59,547 nucleotides of DNA from an uncultured virus (IMG/VR IMGVR_UViG_3300014666_000034) (IMGVR_UViG_3300014666_000034:62001-121547); one strand, 5' to 3'. Counted from the first letter of the stretch, positions 1 to 10,029 are shown. The notes: a model not told the origin generated them from the letters alone. Translations and numbers: made by a program.

Positions 1-44
1 CGGAATCAATATAAGCAAAGCAGAATAGATAATTAGCAGAGTGG

Positions 45-112
45 AGCAGCCTATAAGGGCTGCTTTAATGCACTTGACACAAGTCAAGCGGTCACAAGTC
101 CGCAAGCATTAA
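45..112 (+). other. Structured leader upstream of clamp gene (hairpin plus three-way junction)
   Basis: AGCAGCC 45-51/GGCTGCT 58-64; TTAATGC 65-71/GCATTAA 106-112 enclosing CTTGAC/GTCAAG (73-88) and CGG-TCACAAGT-CCG (89-102). Confidence 0.45.
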
Positions 113-137
113 TACATATAAAATGGAGGAATAGAAA

Positions 138-1304
138 ATGTTGAAATTTGAAGTATATGGAAAAGAATTAAAGGAAGTAATTGAGAAGGCCTTAACAGTA
201 GTACCTAAAAAATCAAGTGTTTCATTTTTGGAACGTATGTTGATAGAGACTACGGACAACGGAATAAAAATCATCGTAACTGATATGGATCAGTGGCTAG
301 AGATAACAGCAGATGCCATAGTAATAGAACGTGGCAAAATACTACTTGATAGTAATGATATGAAGCTGCTTCTTAAAATGACCGATCATATTACTGTCAC
401 AGAAATGGAAGGAGGAAAGATCGATATTAAGACAAGCAAGAAAAATCTTTCCATGAATAATTATAATGTGACTGATTACCCAGAAATCCCACAGGTCATA
501 AACGATACAGAAGCCATACAACTAGAAGAAAGCTATTTATTAGACGCTATATTGAATTTATATTCATTTGCCAGTCCATCAGACAGTAACAGACTGTTTC
601 AAATATATAATTTCAATCTAAAAGATAAACGTGTAGAAGCTTTAGACGGGCATAGAATTGGAATGAAATCACTTGAAAGCCAGACGGTTCTAAACGAATC
701 TAGCGAATTGCATTTACACGTTATGGCTTGCACTGTATTTAAGAAATTATTAGATAAGAAGTCAAAGAACCAGATAACTATGTGTGACAGTGAAAAGTAC
801 ACTATAGTAAAAGGTGTTAATTTCAAATATATGCAACGTAAAGTAGAAGGTAAGTATTTCGATATAAGCAAAATGTTATTATCAAATTACGATCATAGAA
901 TGGTTCTTGATTGTAAGGAACTTTTGGAGGTATCAAAGTATAATTGTGAACTTTTAAAAGCTGGAGTATCAGATAAAATGCCCATGTATTTCTACTCAAC
1001 TGGCAATGATATTGTAACATACTTTAATAATGGGAAAATTGAAAGCGTGGATAGATTGACTACAAAAAATACAGAAGTAAAAAAAGATTTTACCATTGCA
1101 TTTAATCCCGTCTTTATTAAGGAAACAATAAGTATTATTGATAGTGAAACAGCGTTGTGTACTATGACTAATGCAAAGGCCCCAATAATGATTTACGGGA
1201 AAGAATATTCTTTCCTGATTCTACCCATAAATATGAAACCAGAAACAGTTGATAACATGAGATCCTATCTATTAAAGATAGGAATAATTGATCAAGCAGC
1301 GTAA
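138..1304 (+). CDS. dnaN: DNA polymerase III beta subunit (sliding clamp), phage-encoded
   Basis: 388 aa; ALDGHRIG (ATDGHRL-like), EGKYFD, IAFNPVFI, C-terminal FLILP; RBS GGAGG. Confidence 0.85.
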   Translation: MLKFEVYGKELKEVIEKALTVVPKKSSVSFLERMLIETTDNGIKIIVTDMDQWLEITADAIVIERGKILLDSNDMKLLLKMTDHITVTEMEGGKIDIKTSKKNLSMNNYNVTDYPEIPQVINDTEAIQLEESYLLDAILNLYSFASPSDSNRLFQIYNFNLKDKRVEALDGHRIGMKSLESQTVLNESSELHLHVMACTVFKKLLDKKSKNQITMCDSEKYTIVKGVNFKYMQRKVEGKYFDISKMLLSNYDHRMVLDCKELLEVSKYNCELLKAGVSDKMPMYFYSTGNDIVTYFNNGKIESVDRLTTKNTEVKKDFTIAFNPVFIKETISIIDSETALCTMTNAKAPIMIYGKEYSFLILPINMKPETVDNMRSYLLKIGIIDQAA

Positions 1305-1309
1305 TGATA

Positions 1310-1339
1310 AGGCTTACACTTTTCAACAGGTGTAAGCCT
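1310..1339 (+). terminator. Stem-loop after dnaN
   Basis: AGGCTTACAC 1310-1319 / GTGTAAGCCT 1330-1339; weak U tract. Confidence 0.5.
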
Positions 1340-1386
1340 AATTCTATAATACAAATAAAATTCTTATTTCAAAAGGAGGAAATAAT

Positions 1387-1653
1387 ATGAGCGAATATAA
1401 ATGTATTAGGGTAATAAATAAAGAATTATCAAAAGAAGACTTTAAAAAGGCATACAATTTTTTGTGTAAATTAGAAACTGGTATCATATCAGAAGACGGA
1501 TGTTCTATCTTATTTAGTGGAAAATCAGAAAAGAAACAAAGATTTTCAGTTGATTCAGGTTGTTACACTACGGAATTAAGGGCTTTTACACAGGCCGTAA
1601 AGTGGTATCTGGGAAAATATGAATATGGTGTAGAAGTTCATATTTGTGAATAA
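1387..1653 (+). CDS. Hypothetical protein
   Basis: RBS AAGGAGG; flanked by motif copies at 1356 and 1651. Confidence 0.7.
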   Translation: MSEYKCIRVINKELSKEDFKKAYNFLCKLETGIISEDGCSILFSGKSEKKQRFSVDSGCYTTELRAFTQAVKWYLGKYEYGVEVHICE

Positions 1654-1691
1654 AACTATTCTTTCAAGTGGAAAATATGGAGGTAAAAACA

Positions 1692-1886
1692 ATGAAGTTA
1701 AAAGACGCAAAGTTAGCATACGCAAATAATAAAATGGTGCAACACAAAGAGGAAGGCAGAATTTGTAATTATATTAGCTGTTTTGATGATGATGAGACGG
1801 GAGTATATTTAAAGCATACACATACTTTTATACCGTTGGAAAAACTTCAGCTATACAATGTACATGATTATTATAAATCATGTTAG
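1692..1886 (+). CDS. Hypothetical protein
   Basis: RBS GGAGGT before ATG 1692. Confidence 0.65.
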   Translation: MKLKDAKLAYANNKMVQHKEEGRICNYISCFDDDETGVYLKHTHTFIPLEKLQLYNVHDYYKSC

Positions 1887-1913
1887 AAAATAGTATATTT
1901 TATTTCCAGTCAG

Positions 1914-1950
1914 AAGCCATTAGAGAATATAACTCTAGTGGCTTTTATAG
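1914..1950 (+). terminator. Intrinsic terminator-like hairpin
   Basis: AAGCCATTAGAG/CTCTAGTGGCTT followed by TTATAG. Confidence 0.6.
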
Positions 1951-1991
1951 CGGGAATAACACGAAGAATAAATCGTATGGAGGATTATATC

Positions 1992-2567
1992 ATGAAAAAA
2001 GAATATACAGTAGAACAATCAGCAGAAAAAGTATGGTGGTATAAATTTGCAGAACCAAACGCAAAAGGCGAAACACTTACAATTGAATTATCATTATGTA
2101 CTAATTGGGGTGGAAATCGTGCGCTGCCTGTTTTATGGAAACAGCATGGATATATAGACAGGGTCTTAGAAACTTATTGGTGTATTTCAACATACGTGAC
2201 AGATACAGAGGGAAGAGGTTGGGGCGCATATAATCCACAAAGCAAACGGAGCGAAGACGGTAAACGTGCGGTTATAAATTTTAAATGGATGTTTGAAGCT
2301 ACAGAGGGCAATAGAGTAAAGTTGATTGATGAAGTATATAGGATGTTTTCAATGGCTACAGGCGAAACGGCTACAGAAGAAAAGTACAGGAAAGTTAGAG
2401 AGTATGCAGAAGAACGCAACATTGAAGTATTAACAGAAATGCCAGAAGGTTGGCTTGATCTTGGTTATTGCACTGCTCCTATTGGTTCAATATATGTTGG
2501 AAATATGAAAACCAATATTCATACATTGAGAGACGTGAATAGAAAAGAAGCGTTACTATTGGTTTAA
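1992..2567 (+). CDS. Hypothetical protein
   Basis: RBS GGAGG before ATG 1992. Confidence 0.75.
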   Translation: MKKEYTVEQSAEKVWWYKFAEPNAKGETLTIELSLCTNWGGNRALPVLWKQHGYIDRVLETYWCISTYVTDTEGRGWGAYNPQSKRSEDGKRAVINFKWMFEATEGNRVKLIDEVYRMFSMATGETATEEKYRKVREYAEERNIEVLTEMPEGWLDLGYCTAPIGSIYVGNMKTNIHTLRDVNRKEALLLV

Positions 2568-2612
2568 TGATGTATAAACCACGATTTGACATAGAAAGGG
2601 TTGGTATAAAAT

Positions 2613-2795
2613 ATGGCAAGATACAATAGAACAAGTTTTTCTGCTTATTTAGAGGATTGCGACTATAAAGGATATAAGACATATATTTGGATTGAGAACA
2701 TGAAAATACGTTATTTTTATTTACAAACAGCGGAGGACCACACAAAGACTTTTGATACTCTTGCAGATTTATATGATTACATCGATAACAAATAA
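2613..2795 (+). CDS. Hypothetical protein
   Basis: 60-aa ORF in gene run. Confidence 0.6.
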   Translation: MARYNRTSFSAYLEDCDYKGYKTYIWIENMKIRYFYLQTAEDHTKTFDTLADLYDYIDNK

Positions 2796-2815
2796 AAGCA
2801 TAGGAGGAATAAACC

Positions 2816-3460
2816 ATGTTACCATACATCAGAAGCAACGCAAGTTTTTATAATCATATTGCAGAAGAATTTTTCACAGTTACATGTCAAGCTGCAACAA
2901 AAGAAGAGTATGAAAAATTATTCTTTTCTTTTTGTAAAAGATGGCAGAGAGAACTTACCAATAATGACATTTTATCTTATTATATAGAATCAGGAGAAAT
3001 GGAACCAGATACAATCCAGGAAATCAGACAGTTTTATATTGACAATGCGGAACAATTCCAGAAGGCAATTATTAACGCAAACTTGATTATTGGGAAGAAA
3101 TATACACTTGTTTATATGAATGAATTTGGATTCCCAGTAGCTGATAAAATCGTGTTTAAGGGCGTTTCGCCATGTCAGTATGCACAATATACCGATGCTA
3201 TTAAACTAAAGGCCAGAAGAGCAAGAAAACGCACTGATATGTATATAAACTTCTATGATTGCAGTATGGCAATATATGAAGGTTGGAACGATCTACCGGA
3301 AACGGTATCACATGAAAAAGTAGGTGAATACCTATATAGGTCAAGATATGCTTGTTTTGATGCAAGGTATTTTGATGATTGTGTTAATTATTTTGGTAAG
3401 CCAATAGTTGAATATAGGAACTTTAAAGTGAGGGAATCAGACGGAAAAACATTTGCATAG
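2816..3460 (+). CDS. Hypothetical protein
   Basis: 214 aa, RBS AGGAGG. Confidence 0.8.
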   Translation: MLPYIRSNASFYNHIAEEFFTVTCQAATKEEYEKLFFSFCKRWQRELTNNDILSYYIESGEMEPDTIQEIRQFYIDNAEQFQKAIINANLIIGKKYTLVYMNEFGFPVADKIVFKGVSPCQYAQYTDAIKLKARRARKRTDMYINFYDCSMAIYEGWNDLPETVSHEKVGEYLYRSRYACFDARYFDDCVNYFGKPIVEYRNFKVRESDGKTFA

Positions 3461-3476
3461 AAGGAATGGTGATGAT

Positions 3477-3794
3477 ATGAAAAAAGTAACTTTTGTTATA
3501 GATGATATAGAGTATTTTAGAAATCTTTATAAGGATCAATTAACAGAAAAACAATTCGATGAAATTAAGAACGATCTGAAATCGTTTAAAGCGGTTTATA
3601 CACTTATTGGAAATCAGAATCCAGACAAATATATATTGACTACATCAGAAGGAGATAAGTTAAATATAAACGATTTAAACGGCTATCAAAGGGGCTGCGT
3701 TTTAAATGACTGTCATGCTTATTATAATGGAAAACGTGATTTTGAGGGAAATGGCCCTTGTGGAGTGATAGAGATAACCGAAGAAACGGTTTAG
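3477..3794 (+). CDS. Hypothetical protein
   Basis: ORF with GGTGA RBS. Confidence 0.7.
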   Translation: MKKVTFVIDDIEYFRNLYKDQLTEKQFDEIKNDLKSFKAVYTLIGNQNPDKYILTTSEGDKLNINDLNGYQRGCVLNDCHAYYNGKRDFEGNGPCGVIEITEETV

Positions 3795-3834
3795 GTGCCA
3801 TAAAAAGTAAGTTTCCTTTGGAAATGGAGGTAAT

Positions 3835-4071
3835 ATGAAACGCAAGACATACGACAACGTTTTAAAAGCAGGTAAATTAATACAGAAAAAGGGATATGAC
3901 GAAAAGGAGGCATTAGAAATTGCAGTTAAATTCTTTGACAATCTACCGAAAGAGAAGGATGTTGAATTTCTAATAGATAGGATGGCAACTAAAGAAAGGT
4001 GGTTAGATGATCAACAGAAATATGGATATTTATTTCAGGGCGGAATGAAAAGTTATCCAGCTGGATATTAG
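3835..4071 (+). CDS. Hypothetical protein
   Basis: RBS GGAGGT; bounded by motifs 3801 and 4074. Confidence 0.7.
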   Translation: MKRKTYDNVLKAGKLIQKKGYDEKEALEIAVKFFDNLPKEKDVEFLIDRMATKERWLDDQQKYGYLFQGGMKSYPAGY

Positions 4072-4156
4072 GATGAAATGCACGTTTGATGGTGAGCGAT
4101 CGGAAAATATTTAACCGGTTGCTTTTATTATGCTCAAAATCAGGAAGGAGATTGTA

Positions 4157-4507
4157 ATGGAGAAGTTTACAAATAAAGATCTGGAAATTATCAGCAATGG
4201 TTTATTATACCTTATTCGGAATGCAGGGAAGGCAAAGGAGCTTGTGCTTGATAGCGCTTCACTGAATAGCATTGATGAATATATGAGAACTTTACAGGTG
4301 CTTAATTCGAAGGTCTGTAGATTAGATAGAGAATATGAGCATAAATCATTATGCTGCCTAAACTGTAGATTTTATGACATGAATGATCAAAATAATGCCT
4401 TTGGGACGTGTGAGCCACAAGACGAAGACTTTCATTGTACACATGAGTGCAATCTATCTCAAGAGGATCTTAAAGAATTGGAATGTCTCACAGGACACAG
4501 TAGGTAA
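4157..4507 (+). CDS. Hypothetical protein with Cys-rich C-terminus
   Basis: RBS AAGGAG; CCLNC...C...C...C. Confidence 0.7.
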   Translation: MEKFTNKDLEIISNGLLYLIRNAGKAKELVLDSASLNSIDEYMRTLQVLNSKVCRLDREYEHKSLCCLNCRFYDMNDQNNAFGTCEPQDEDFHCTHECNLSQEDLKELECLTGHSR

Positions 4508-4538
4508 TATGAAATACATGATTTATTCCCTTTAAAGA

Positions 4539-4829
4539 ATGGAGAATGACATGAGAACAAAAACGTTAAATAATGCGAAGTTTATTGTCACTGTAGAAAG
4601 TGATAAAAAGACGCGAACAATAAAAACCAGTTCAATCCTTGATAATAGAACACAAAAGAATTTAACAGAAGATTATATACATGAACGTGGAATTGAGTAT
4701 TTTTTAAATATGAATGATTTAAAAGAAACATTGAACTGGAATCTAAATGGAGACAGCGAAAAATATCAGTTTAAATGGGGGCAGTCAGGAAGTAAAACAA
4801 CAGAGGGGCGAGCTTACATTTTTGATTGA
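4539..4829 (+). CDS. Hypothetical protein
   Basis: Bounded by motifs 4510 and 4827; stop inside motif. Confidence 0.65.
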   Translation: MENDMRTKTLNNAKFIVTVESDKKTRTIKTSSILDNRTQKNLTEDYIHERGIEYFLNMNDLKETLNWNLNGDSEKYQFKWGQSGSKTTEGRAYIFD

Positions 4830-4854
4830 AAAGCACATTTTAAGGGAGGATTTT

Positions 4855-5031
4855 ATGATATTAGCACAACTAAATAAGTATTACAAACTTTTAGGAAGCA
4901 TTTTGCCTGTGCTTTCTATTTTTGTGTTCTTTAAACTGAATGACCAGGACGGAAACTGGACGCTGGCAGCATTGCTGATAATTGTAAGCGCAGTTTTATT
5001 TGCACAGACCGGAGGATTAAAACATGAATGA
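4855..5031 (+). CDS. Small two-helix membrane protein
   Basis: RBS GGGAGG; two hydrophobic segments. Confidence 0.65.
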   Translation: MILAQLNKYYKLLGSILPVLSIFVFFKLNDQDGNWTLAALLIIVSAVLFAQTGGLKHE

Positions 5032-5155
5032 CAATATAAAATTTCATTACATGAAGAACAAGGAAGGAAAAATTGAAATGTATGCAAATGGTGTATACAT
5101 AAACACGTTTGAAAACTTCACCGAGATTTTCGCCTTGCATTGCATTATATCTTAA
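5024..5155 (+). CDS. 43-aa hypothetical protein (below track cutoff)
   Basis: RBS GGAGG at 5011; MNDNIKFHYMKNKEGKIEMYANG... Confidence 0.5.
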   Translation: MNDNIKFHYMKNKEGKIEMYANGVYINTFENFTEIFALHCIIS

Positions 5156-5160
5156 TACAT

Positions 5161-5308
5161 AGCCTTGTCGGTGATCCGGAAGGATAGGCCGTGCTGCGAA
5201 AGTAAACAAGGCATTCCCGTCAGTCTGAAAGTGATTGCTGCTTACCACAGGATAATTAGTGGTTGATCTGACTTAGGTCACTAACCGCACATAATTAGCG
5301 GTAGATTT
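5161..5308 (+). ncRNA. Candidate structured RNA (GC-rich intergenic, multi-hairpin)
   Basis: GCCTTGT/ACAAGGC outer stem enclosing ATCC-GGAA-GGAT and TGC-GAAA-GTA tetraloop hairpins; further TGAC-TTAG-GTCA and ACCGC/GCGGT stems; no plus-strand ORF. Confidence 0.45.
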
Positions 5309-5327
5309 AATATAGGAGGTGTTTTGT

Positions 5328-5516
5328 ATGGGATATGGAGAATTAGAACAGTGCAAGGATTTTGATAATCTGAGGGCAGTGTTTGATGATGATATGCTTA
5401 ACTATTATGAAAAGCAGCTAGAGTGCTACTTAAATGGATCAGAAGAAAGGCCAGTGGTTGCTTGTTGGTGGGAAGGGACAATGAGCACAGGTGAGTTTAT
5501 AAATCAGTGTTCATAA
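5328..5516 (+). CDS. Hypothetical protein
   Basis: RBS AGGAGGTG. Confidence 0.65.
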   Translation: MGYGELEQCKDFDNLRAVFDDDMLNYYEKQLECYLNGSEERPVVACWWEGTMSTGEFINQCS

Positions 5517-5533
5517 AAGAAAGGGGTTCAGTA

Positions 5534-5725
5534 ATGGAGAAAGCAAACAAAAATATAGAAACTTTAATTGATATGATTATAACTTTACGAAAACAGCAAG
5601 GAGTGGGTTATTGTTGTGATCCTGAATCGCAGGCTGACGGATTGTGTTTTCATGATTGTAATGGATGTAAAGAGACGTTTTATCAAATAATGAAAAATAG
5701 AATGATGGAAACATATTGTGTATAG
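5534..5725 (+). CDS. Small Cys-rich hypothetical protein
   Basis: CC..C..C..C; stop inside motif 5723. Confidence 0.6.
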   Translation: MEKANKNIETLIDMIITLRKQQGVGYCCDPESQADGLCFHDCNGCKETFYQIMKNRMMETYCV

Positions 5726-5775
5726 AAGTGTGCTTTTATTTGGAGAATATAATAATCGAAAGAGAGGTAGTCAAT

Positions 5776-6309
5776 ATGGGTGTAGATACGAAGGGATTAT
5801 TAAGAGGTAAAGTTGAGCATGAGGAAATTTTAAATTTCATAAGACAGAAATTTGATGAAGGTGCCAAATCGTTTATTGAATTAAAAGACTATGGTTCAGA
5901 TATAAAACACGATTGGATCAAAGAAAGATATGATAATACTGGCAAATGGTTAACGTGGTCTGGTTTTATATACTTTAATGACGGGACGGAAGATCGGAGT
6001 ATTTTCTATTGTTATACGAACCATAACTCATATGAAAATCTCGACTATTATACTGAATACGGATTAGAAGAAATGGTGAAGTCAGAAACCACATATTTGA
6101 GTTTGAGTCGTTATGGAAATTCAAAGGAAATAATGAAAGCAATTGTATCCCATTTTAGTGGATGGATTGACGAAGATGACTGCGACAACGAACCCTACTA
6201 TCCTGTTATCAAGAACTCAGATGGCTCGATTAATCCGGTAATTAGAGTTACTATGGACGAAATATATGAGAAGTTTGGCGGCGTAGTTCTTATACAGAAA
6301 AATAAATAA
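5776..6309 (+). CDS. Hypothetical protein
   Basis: RBS GAGGT; bounded by motifs 5723 and 6307. Confidence 0.75.
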   Translation: MGVDTKGLLRGKVEHEEILNFIRQKFDEGAKSFIELKDYGSDIKHDWIKERYDNTGKWLTWSGFIYFNDGTEDRSIFYCYTNHNSYENLDYYTEYGLEEMVKSETTYLSLSRYGNSKEIMKAIVSHFSGWIDEDDCDNEPYYPVIKNSDGSINPVIRVTMDEIYEKFGGVVLIQKNK

Positions 6310-6333
6310 ATTGCTGATTTGAAGGGAGAAGGT

Positions 6334-6612
6334 ATGAACGATTATAAGATGGAGTATGTAAAAACCCTAAGAGACGAGGATATGGTGTGGATTCAAAAAG
6401 ACGGTGACGATAATGAGATTAGGAAGCTCATAGGTATTGATTCAGCTTTAAAATACGGAATAGGGGATAGCTTGGTGCATGTAAATATCGCAACAAAACC
6501 AAATGATGTACTAAAATGTGAATGGAATGGAAGAACATTTTATTATGTAGTAATCAATCCGGTAAATGAATTAATGGCTTTTTGCTATACGTTGTATCCG
6601 ATTTCTGAATAA
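6334..6612 (+). CDS. Hypothetical protein
   Basis: RBS GGGAG. Confidence 0.65.
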   Translation: MNDYKMEYVKTLRDEDMVWIQKDGDDNEIRKLIGIDSALKYGIGDSLVHVNIATKPNDVLKCEWNGRTFYYVVINPVNELMAFCYTLYPISE

Positions 6613-6623
6613 AATGAGGTTAA

Positions 6624-6890
6624 ATGAAAATGTGTAAATTTTGTGAGCGTAGACAGGATATTAAATTCGGTTGGCAGCAACCGTCACTTGAGAACCTACA
6701 TGGGAATATTGTGAAAGAATTAGAAGTTAAGGCCGTAATCCATGATTACCAGACCACTAATCCGGAATTGATTATAACTTCTAATAGATTTTTTCCTGAT
6801 TTAATTGGAACAGATGGAGTAGCCACAATTTATATTCCTATAAAATTTTGCCCTAACTGTGGTAGAGAATTGGGAAAACAAAGCAGATAG
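6624..6890 (+). CDS. Zinc-ribbon protein (CxxC...CPxCG), paralog of 7862-8152
   Basis: CKFC...PELII...FCPNCG. Confidence 0.7.
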   Translation: MKMCKFCERRQDIKFGWQQPSLENLHGNIVKELEVKAVIHDYQTTNPELIITSNRFFPDLIGTDGVATIYIPIKFCPNCGRELGKQSR

Positions 6891-6926
6891 AAGAGATATT
6901 TCAAGCCGAAAGGAGAAGACTAACTT

Positions 6927-7628
6927 ATGAAAGATGATATGAATTTAGTTTATATAGACGCATTACTATATGCGATGGAGGGAGAAGATCCTTCGAAGGC
7001 AATTGAAAATCAGGAAGCAAGAGAGCAAAGGTGGGCGCTTCGGGAAATGAAGTTGCCAATAAAGGCCAATGAACATAGTGTCCCTGATAAATACAGATTC
7101 ATTAATGTCTCAGACGATATGGATTATGAAATGAGAAGAAAAATCGTTGATGGAAACAATGCTATCTACACAAGAAATCAATATTCTAAGATGGGAATAA
7201 ACATTGTTGAAGATTATGATGACTTGTTTTATACTGTGCAGCTTCCGGTAGGTTGGGAAATCAAACCAACAGAACATAATATGTGGAATGAAGTATTTGA
7301 TATTAAAGGCAGAAAACGCATGAATTATTTTTATAAAGGTGCCTTTTATGATAGAAGTGCCTTTGTAAATTTTAATACCAGATATACTGTGGGAGTAGTT
7401 CCTTTTGATGAATACGAGTTAGACGCATCTTATGAAGAAAGAAGTATTAATCCATGGTATGGAGTGGTTTATGATTGTGGTAACGAAATATTCAGAACAA
7501 CAGGTGAAGTAAGTCCAGACGGATCAGTTAAAGTATGGGATATCCAAGACAATCAGAAGAAACTTGCTTTAGAATTTGTAAATAAAAAATACCCTCATTG
7601 GGAAGACATTAATTCATATTGGGATTAA
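6927..7628 (+). CDS. Hypothetical phage protein
   Basis: 233 aa, RBS AAGGAG; bounded by motifs 6888 and 7629. Confidence 0.8.
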   Translation: MKDDMNLVYIDALLYAMEGEDPSKAIENQEAREQRWALREMKLPIKANEHSVPDKYRFINVSDDMDYEMRRKIVDGNNAIYTRNQYSKMGINIVEDYDDLFYTVQLPVGWEIKPTEHNMWNEVFDIKGRKRMNYFYKGAFYDRSAFVNFNTRYTVGVVPFDEYELDASYEERSINPWYGVVYDCGNEIFRTTGEVSPDGSVKVWDIQDNQKKLALEFVNKKYPHWEDINSYWD

Positions 7629-7664
7629 TAAAAACAAGATTTAATTAAATAGGAGGATAACTAT

Positions 7665-7829
7665 ATGGAAGAATTAATAACAAGAATCCAAGAGGCATAT
7701 GCAGATTGTACTACGGTTAAGGAAGTAGCTGAGGTATATGCATTAATAAAAATGGAGAATCAAAAGCAAATGGAACTTACAATGGATTATAGAGTTAATT
7801 CGGAGATTGAAGAGGCAAACTGCGAATAA
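7665..7829 (+). CDS. 54-aa hypothetical protein (below track cutoff)
   Basis: RBS AGGAGG; stop is first triplet of motif 7827. Confidence 0.6.
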   Translation: MEELITRIQEAYADCTTVKEVAEVYALIKMENQKQMELTMDYRVNSEIEEANCE

Positions 7830-7861
7830 ATCCACAATTTTAACCAAAAAGAGGTGATACT

Positions 7862-8152
7862 ATGTGCAAATGGTGTGATAGAAAAAGATTATTGCCTGAG
7901 AAGTATCCAAGCCATGCGGATAATGTATATCATGATTCGTATATGATGATTATGAATTACAATAGGAATGTTCCAGAACTGATTGTTAGTTCCCAGCATG
8001 GATTGAATTTTTATTTCAGCATTAATTATTGTCCCATATGTGGCAAAAAGTTACTAACAGATAGAGCAAAAATGGATAGGAAAAGACATATAAGAATTGG
8101 ATTTAGTGATCTGTTTGGAAGGATCGGAGACAGTCGAAATAGTAAGCTATAA
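7862..8152 (+). CDS. Zinc-ribbon protein, paralog of 6624-6890
   Basis: CKWC...PELIV...YCPICG. Confidence 0.7.
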   Translation: MCKWCDRKRLLPEKYPSHADNVYHDSYMMIMNYNRNVPELIVSSQHGLNFYFSINYCPICGKKLLTDRAKMDRKRHIRIGFSDLFGRIGDSRNSKL

Positions 8153-8184
8153 TGAAATCAGGAATTGAAAGGAGTAAAAATACT

Positions 8185-8403
8185 ATGAATTATGGAGTGG
8201 CATATTGTAGTTCAAATGGAAGCGCATTTTCAAAAACAGAGCCATACATTGAAGAAGCTGGAACCACATTAAAAGAATGTGAAGTGGTTTTAAATGAATT
8301 GGTAAAAGTGGGATGCTGCCAGTTAACACCTTTTGAGATGAAAGATGTCTTAGAAAGTTATACGTGGGAATACGTGAACAAGCACAAAGTATTCTTGCTT
8401 TGA
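8185..8403 (+). CDS. Hypothetical protein
   Basis: RBS AAGGAG; stop inside motif 8401. Confidence 0.65.
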   Translation: MNYGVAYCSSNGSAFSKTEPYIEEAGTTLKECEVVLNELVKVGCCQLTPFEMKDVLESYTWEYVNKHKVFLL

Positions 8404-8717
8404 AATAAGTGATTTATATGACGATTTGGAAAGGCTGATCTTTTGGGAAGATAGATTAAATTCTGAAATGTGGCAAGAAGAAAAGATTTCAGAGTATATG
8501 TATCTCAAAAATGTAATTGATAGATTGTTAAATAAATGATTTTAAGCAAAGATATGATTAATGAGAATGGAGAAAGATAATATGAATAAAGATAAACAGC
8601 CGGTATTATATCCCGGAGACAAGATAATTGTAATGAAAACGATCCACATGTATGGTATGATAATATGAAAGAAGCACTTGAAAATGCAGGATTTACATTG
8701 TCTAAGGAGGTGGCATA

Positions 8718-8969
8718 ATGGCAGGACTTGAATTATTTTTAGGGCTGGCTTTTATAATTTATGTTTATCGTCAATGTACAAAAGGTAGCCGCCCTCCAAA
8801 GCCTGGAACTCAGGAGGCCGCTGAATGGTTGCATAATGGTGATAAATATTGGATTGCAGCAAATAAACTTCAGTACCCTACTCTCTACAAGGATGCCCCT
8901 ATTACACCTTCTGAAAAGGCAGCTTATAATAAAGTAGAAAAAGAAAATGGAAGACCTGGAATTGATTAA
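8718..8969 (+). CDS. Small membrane-anchored protein
   Basis: RBS AAGGAGGTG; N-terminal hydrophobic helix. Confidence 0.7.
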   Translation: MAGLELFLGLAFIIYVYRQCTKGSRPPKPGTQEAAEWLHNGDKYWIAANKLQYPTLYKDAPITPSEKAAYNKVEKENGRPGID

Positions 8970-9014
8970 TTAAAATTGCAAGCAATCCTAGATTTTATAG
9001 AAAGTGGTGAGAAC

Positions 9015-9251
9015 ATGTGGAAATATTATATAGAAATTTTGACTGGTAGCTGTACAGGAGATTATGTTGAAGGAAAAGAGGTCCCAGGTGATGGTATTCC
9101 CGTTTGTGCCGATCTAGCAGTAGCTAAGTGGTTTGATTCACCAGATGAATTAAATAAGTGGGCAAAAGAAAATACATCGTTAAATCTTGAAGAGGGTGAG
9201 TATGCAATTTATGGAGTATATTATCCTGAACTAAAGGAGGAAGTGGTATGA
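9015..9251 (+). CDS. Hypothetical protein
   Basis: RBS GGTGAG. Confidence 0.6.
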   Translation: MWKYYIEILTGSCTGDYVEGKEVPGDGIPVCADLAVAKWFDSPDELNKWAKENTSLNLEEGEYAIYGVYYPELKEEVV

Positions 9252-9540
9252 CAATTTGGGAAGCGGAAAAGGAAATTTTGAAGGCGCAAACACCACAGGA
9301 GATGGATGAAATTACAAATGGTCTTGATAAAAAGGACTTACAAAACATTATTTAATTGCTTGTAGATAGAATGACTCCTGAGAATGTGGAAATAAATCGC
9401 TTTCTAAATAGAAATGAGACTATCAATGCGGATTTTGATGTCAATGATATCACTGAAGGAAAGAGTAAAGAATTTATAAGACAGTTGATCGATAAACATT
9501 ACAACTAAATCGACATTTAATTAAGAAATGGAGGGCATGA

Positions 9541-9753
9541 ATGAGTAATTGGAATTTATTTACTAAGAAGAAGCCAGATCGCTATGAGCCTGTACTTTGC
9601 TTTTTAAATAATGGTCAACAAATTATCCTGGCACTAGATGAGGATAATCAGACATGGGCTATGTATAACGGAGATGAACTAGAAGATGCTCATGTAGTGG
9701 CTTGGCAAGATCTTGAAGCGAGAGAAGAGATAGAGAAGCAATTAACAAAGTAG
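9541..9753 (+). CDS. DUF551-like small phage protein
   Basis: W...KKP...VL...W...VVAWQ pattern. Confidence 0.55.
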   Translation: MSNWNLFTKKKPDRYEPVLCFLNNGQQIILALDEDNQTWAMYNGDELEDAHVVAWQDLEAREEIEKQLTK

Positions 9754-9764
9754 GAGATGACATT

Positions 9765-9941
9765 ATGGGAGCTTTAGCATTTATAGGATTACTTGTGGGT
9801 TTGTTTTTATGGGCAAAAGAGAGTATGACTCCAAATACGCCGGCTGAGAATACAAGGGATCTCGATGGGATTATGAGGGATTCCAGTAAATATTCGAAAA
9901 AGGAAATGCAAAATAGAATACGAAACGGACACTATAAATAA
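9765..9941 (+). CDS. 58-aa membrane-anchored protein (below track cutoff)
   Basis: RBS AGGAG; MGALAFIGLLVGLFLWAKES... Confidence 0.55.
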   Translation: MGALAFIGLLVGLFLWAKESMTPNTPAENTRDLDGIMRDSSKYSKKEMQNRIRNGHYK

Positions 9942-10029
9942 TATGAGCGGAATATATCGTTGAAGGCCACTAGATGCTAAAAATCTGGTGGCTTTTGTAT
10001 TGCCAAAATAGTATAATGGAGGAAGGTTT

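Noticed and set aside
5168..5190. SRP RNA (TCC-GGAA-GGA hairpin)
   Set aside because: Lacks the flanking CAGG/AGCA internal loop of SRP helix 8.
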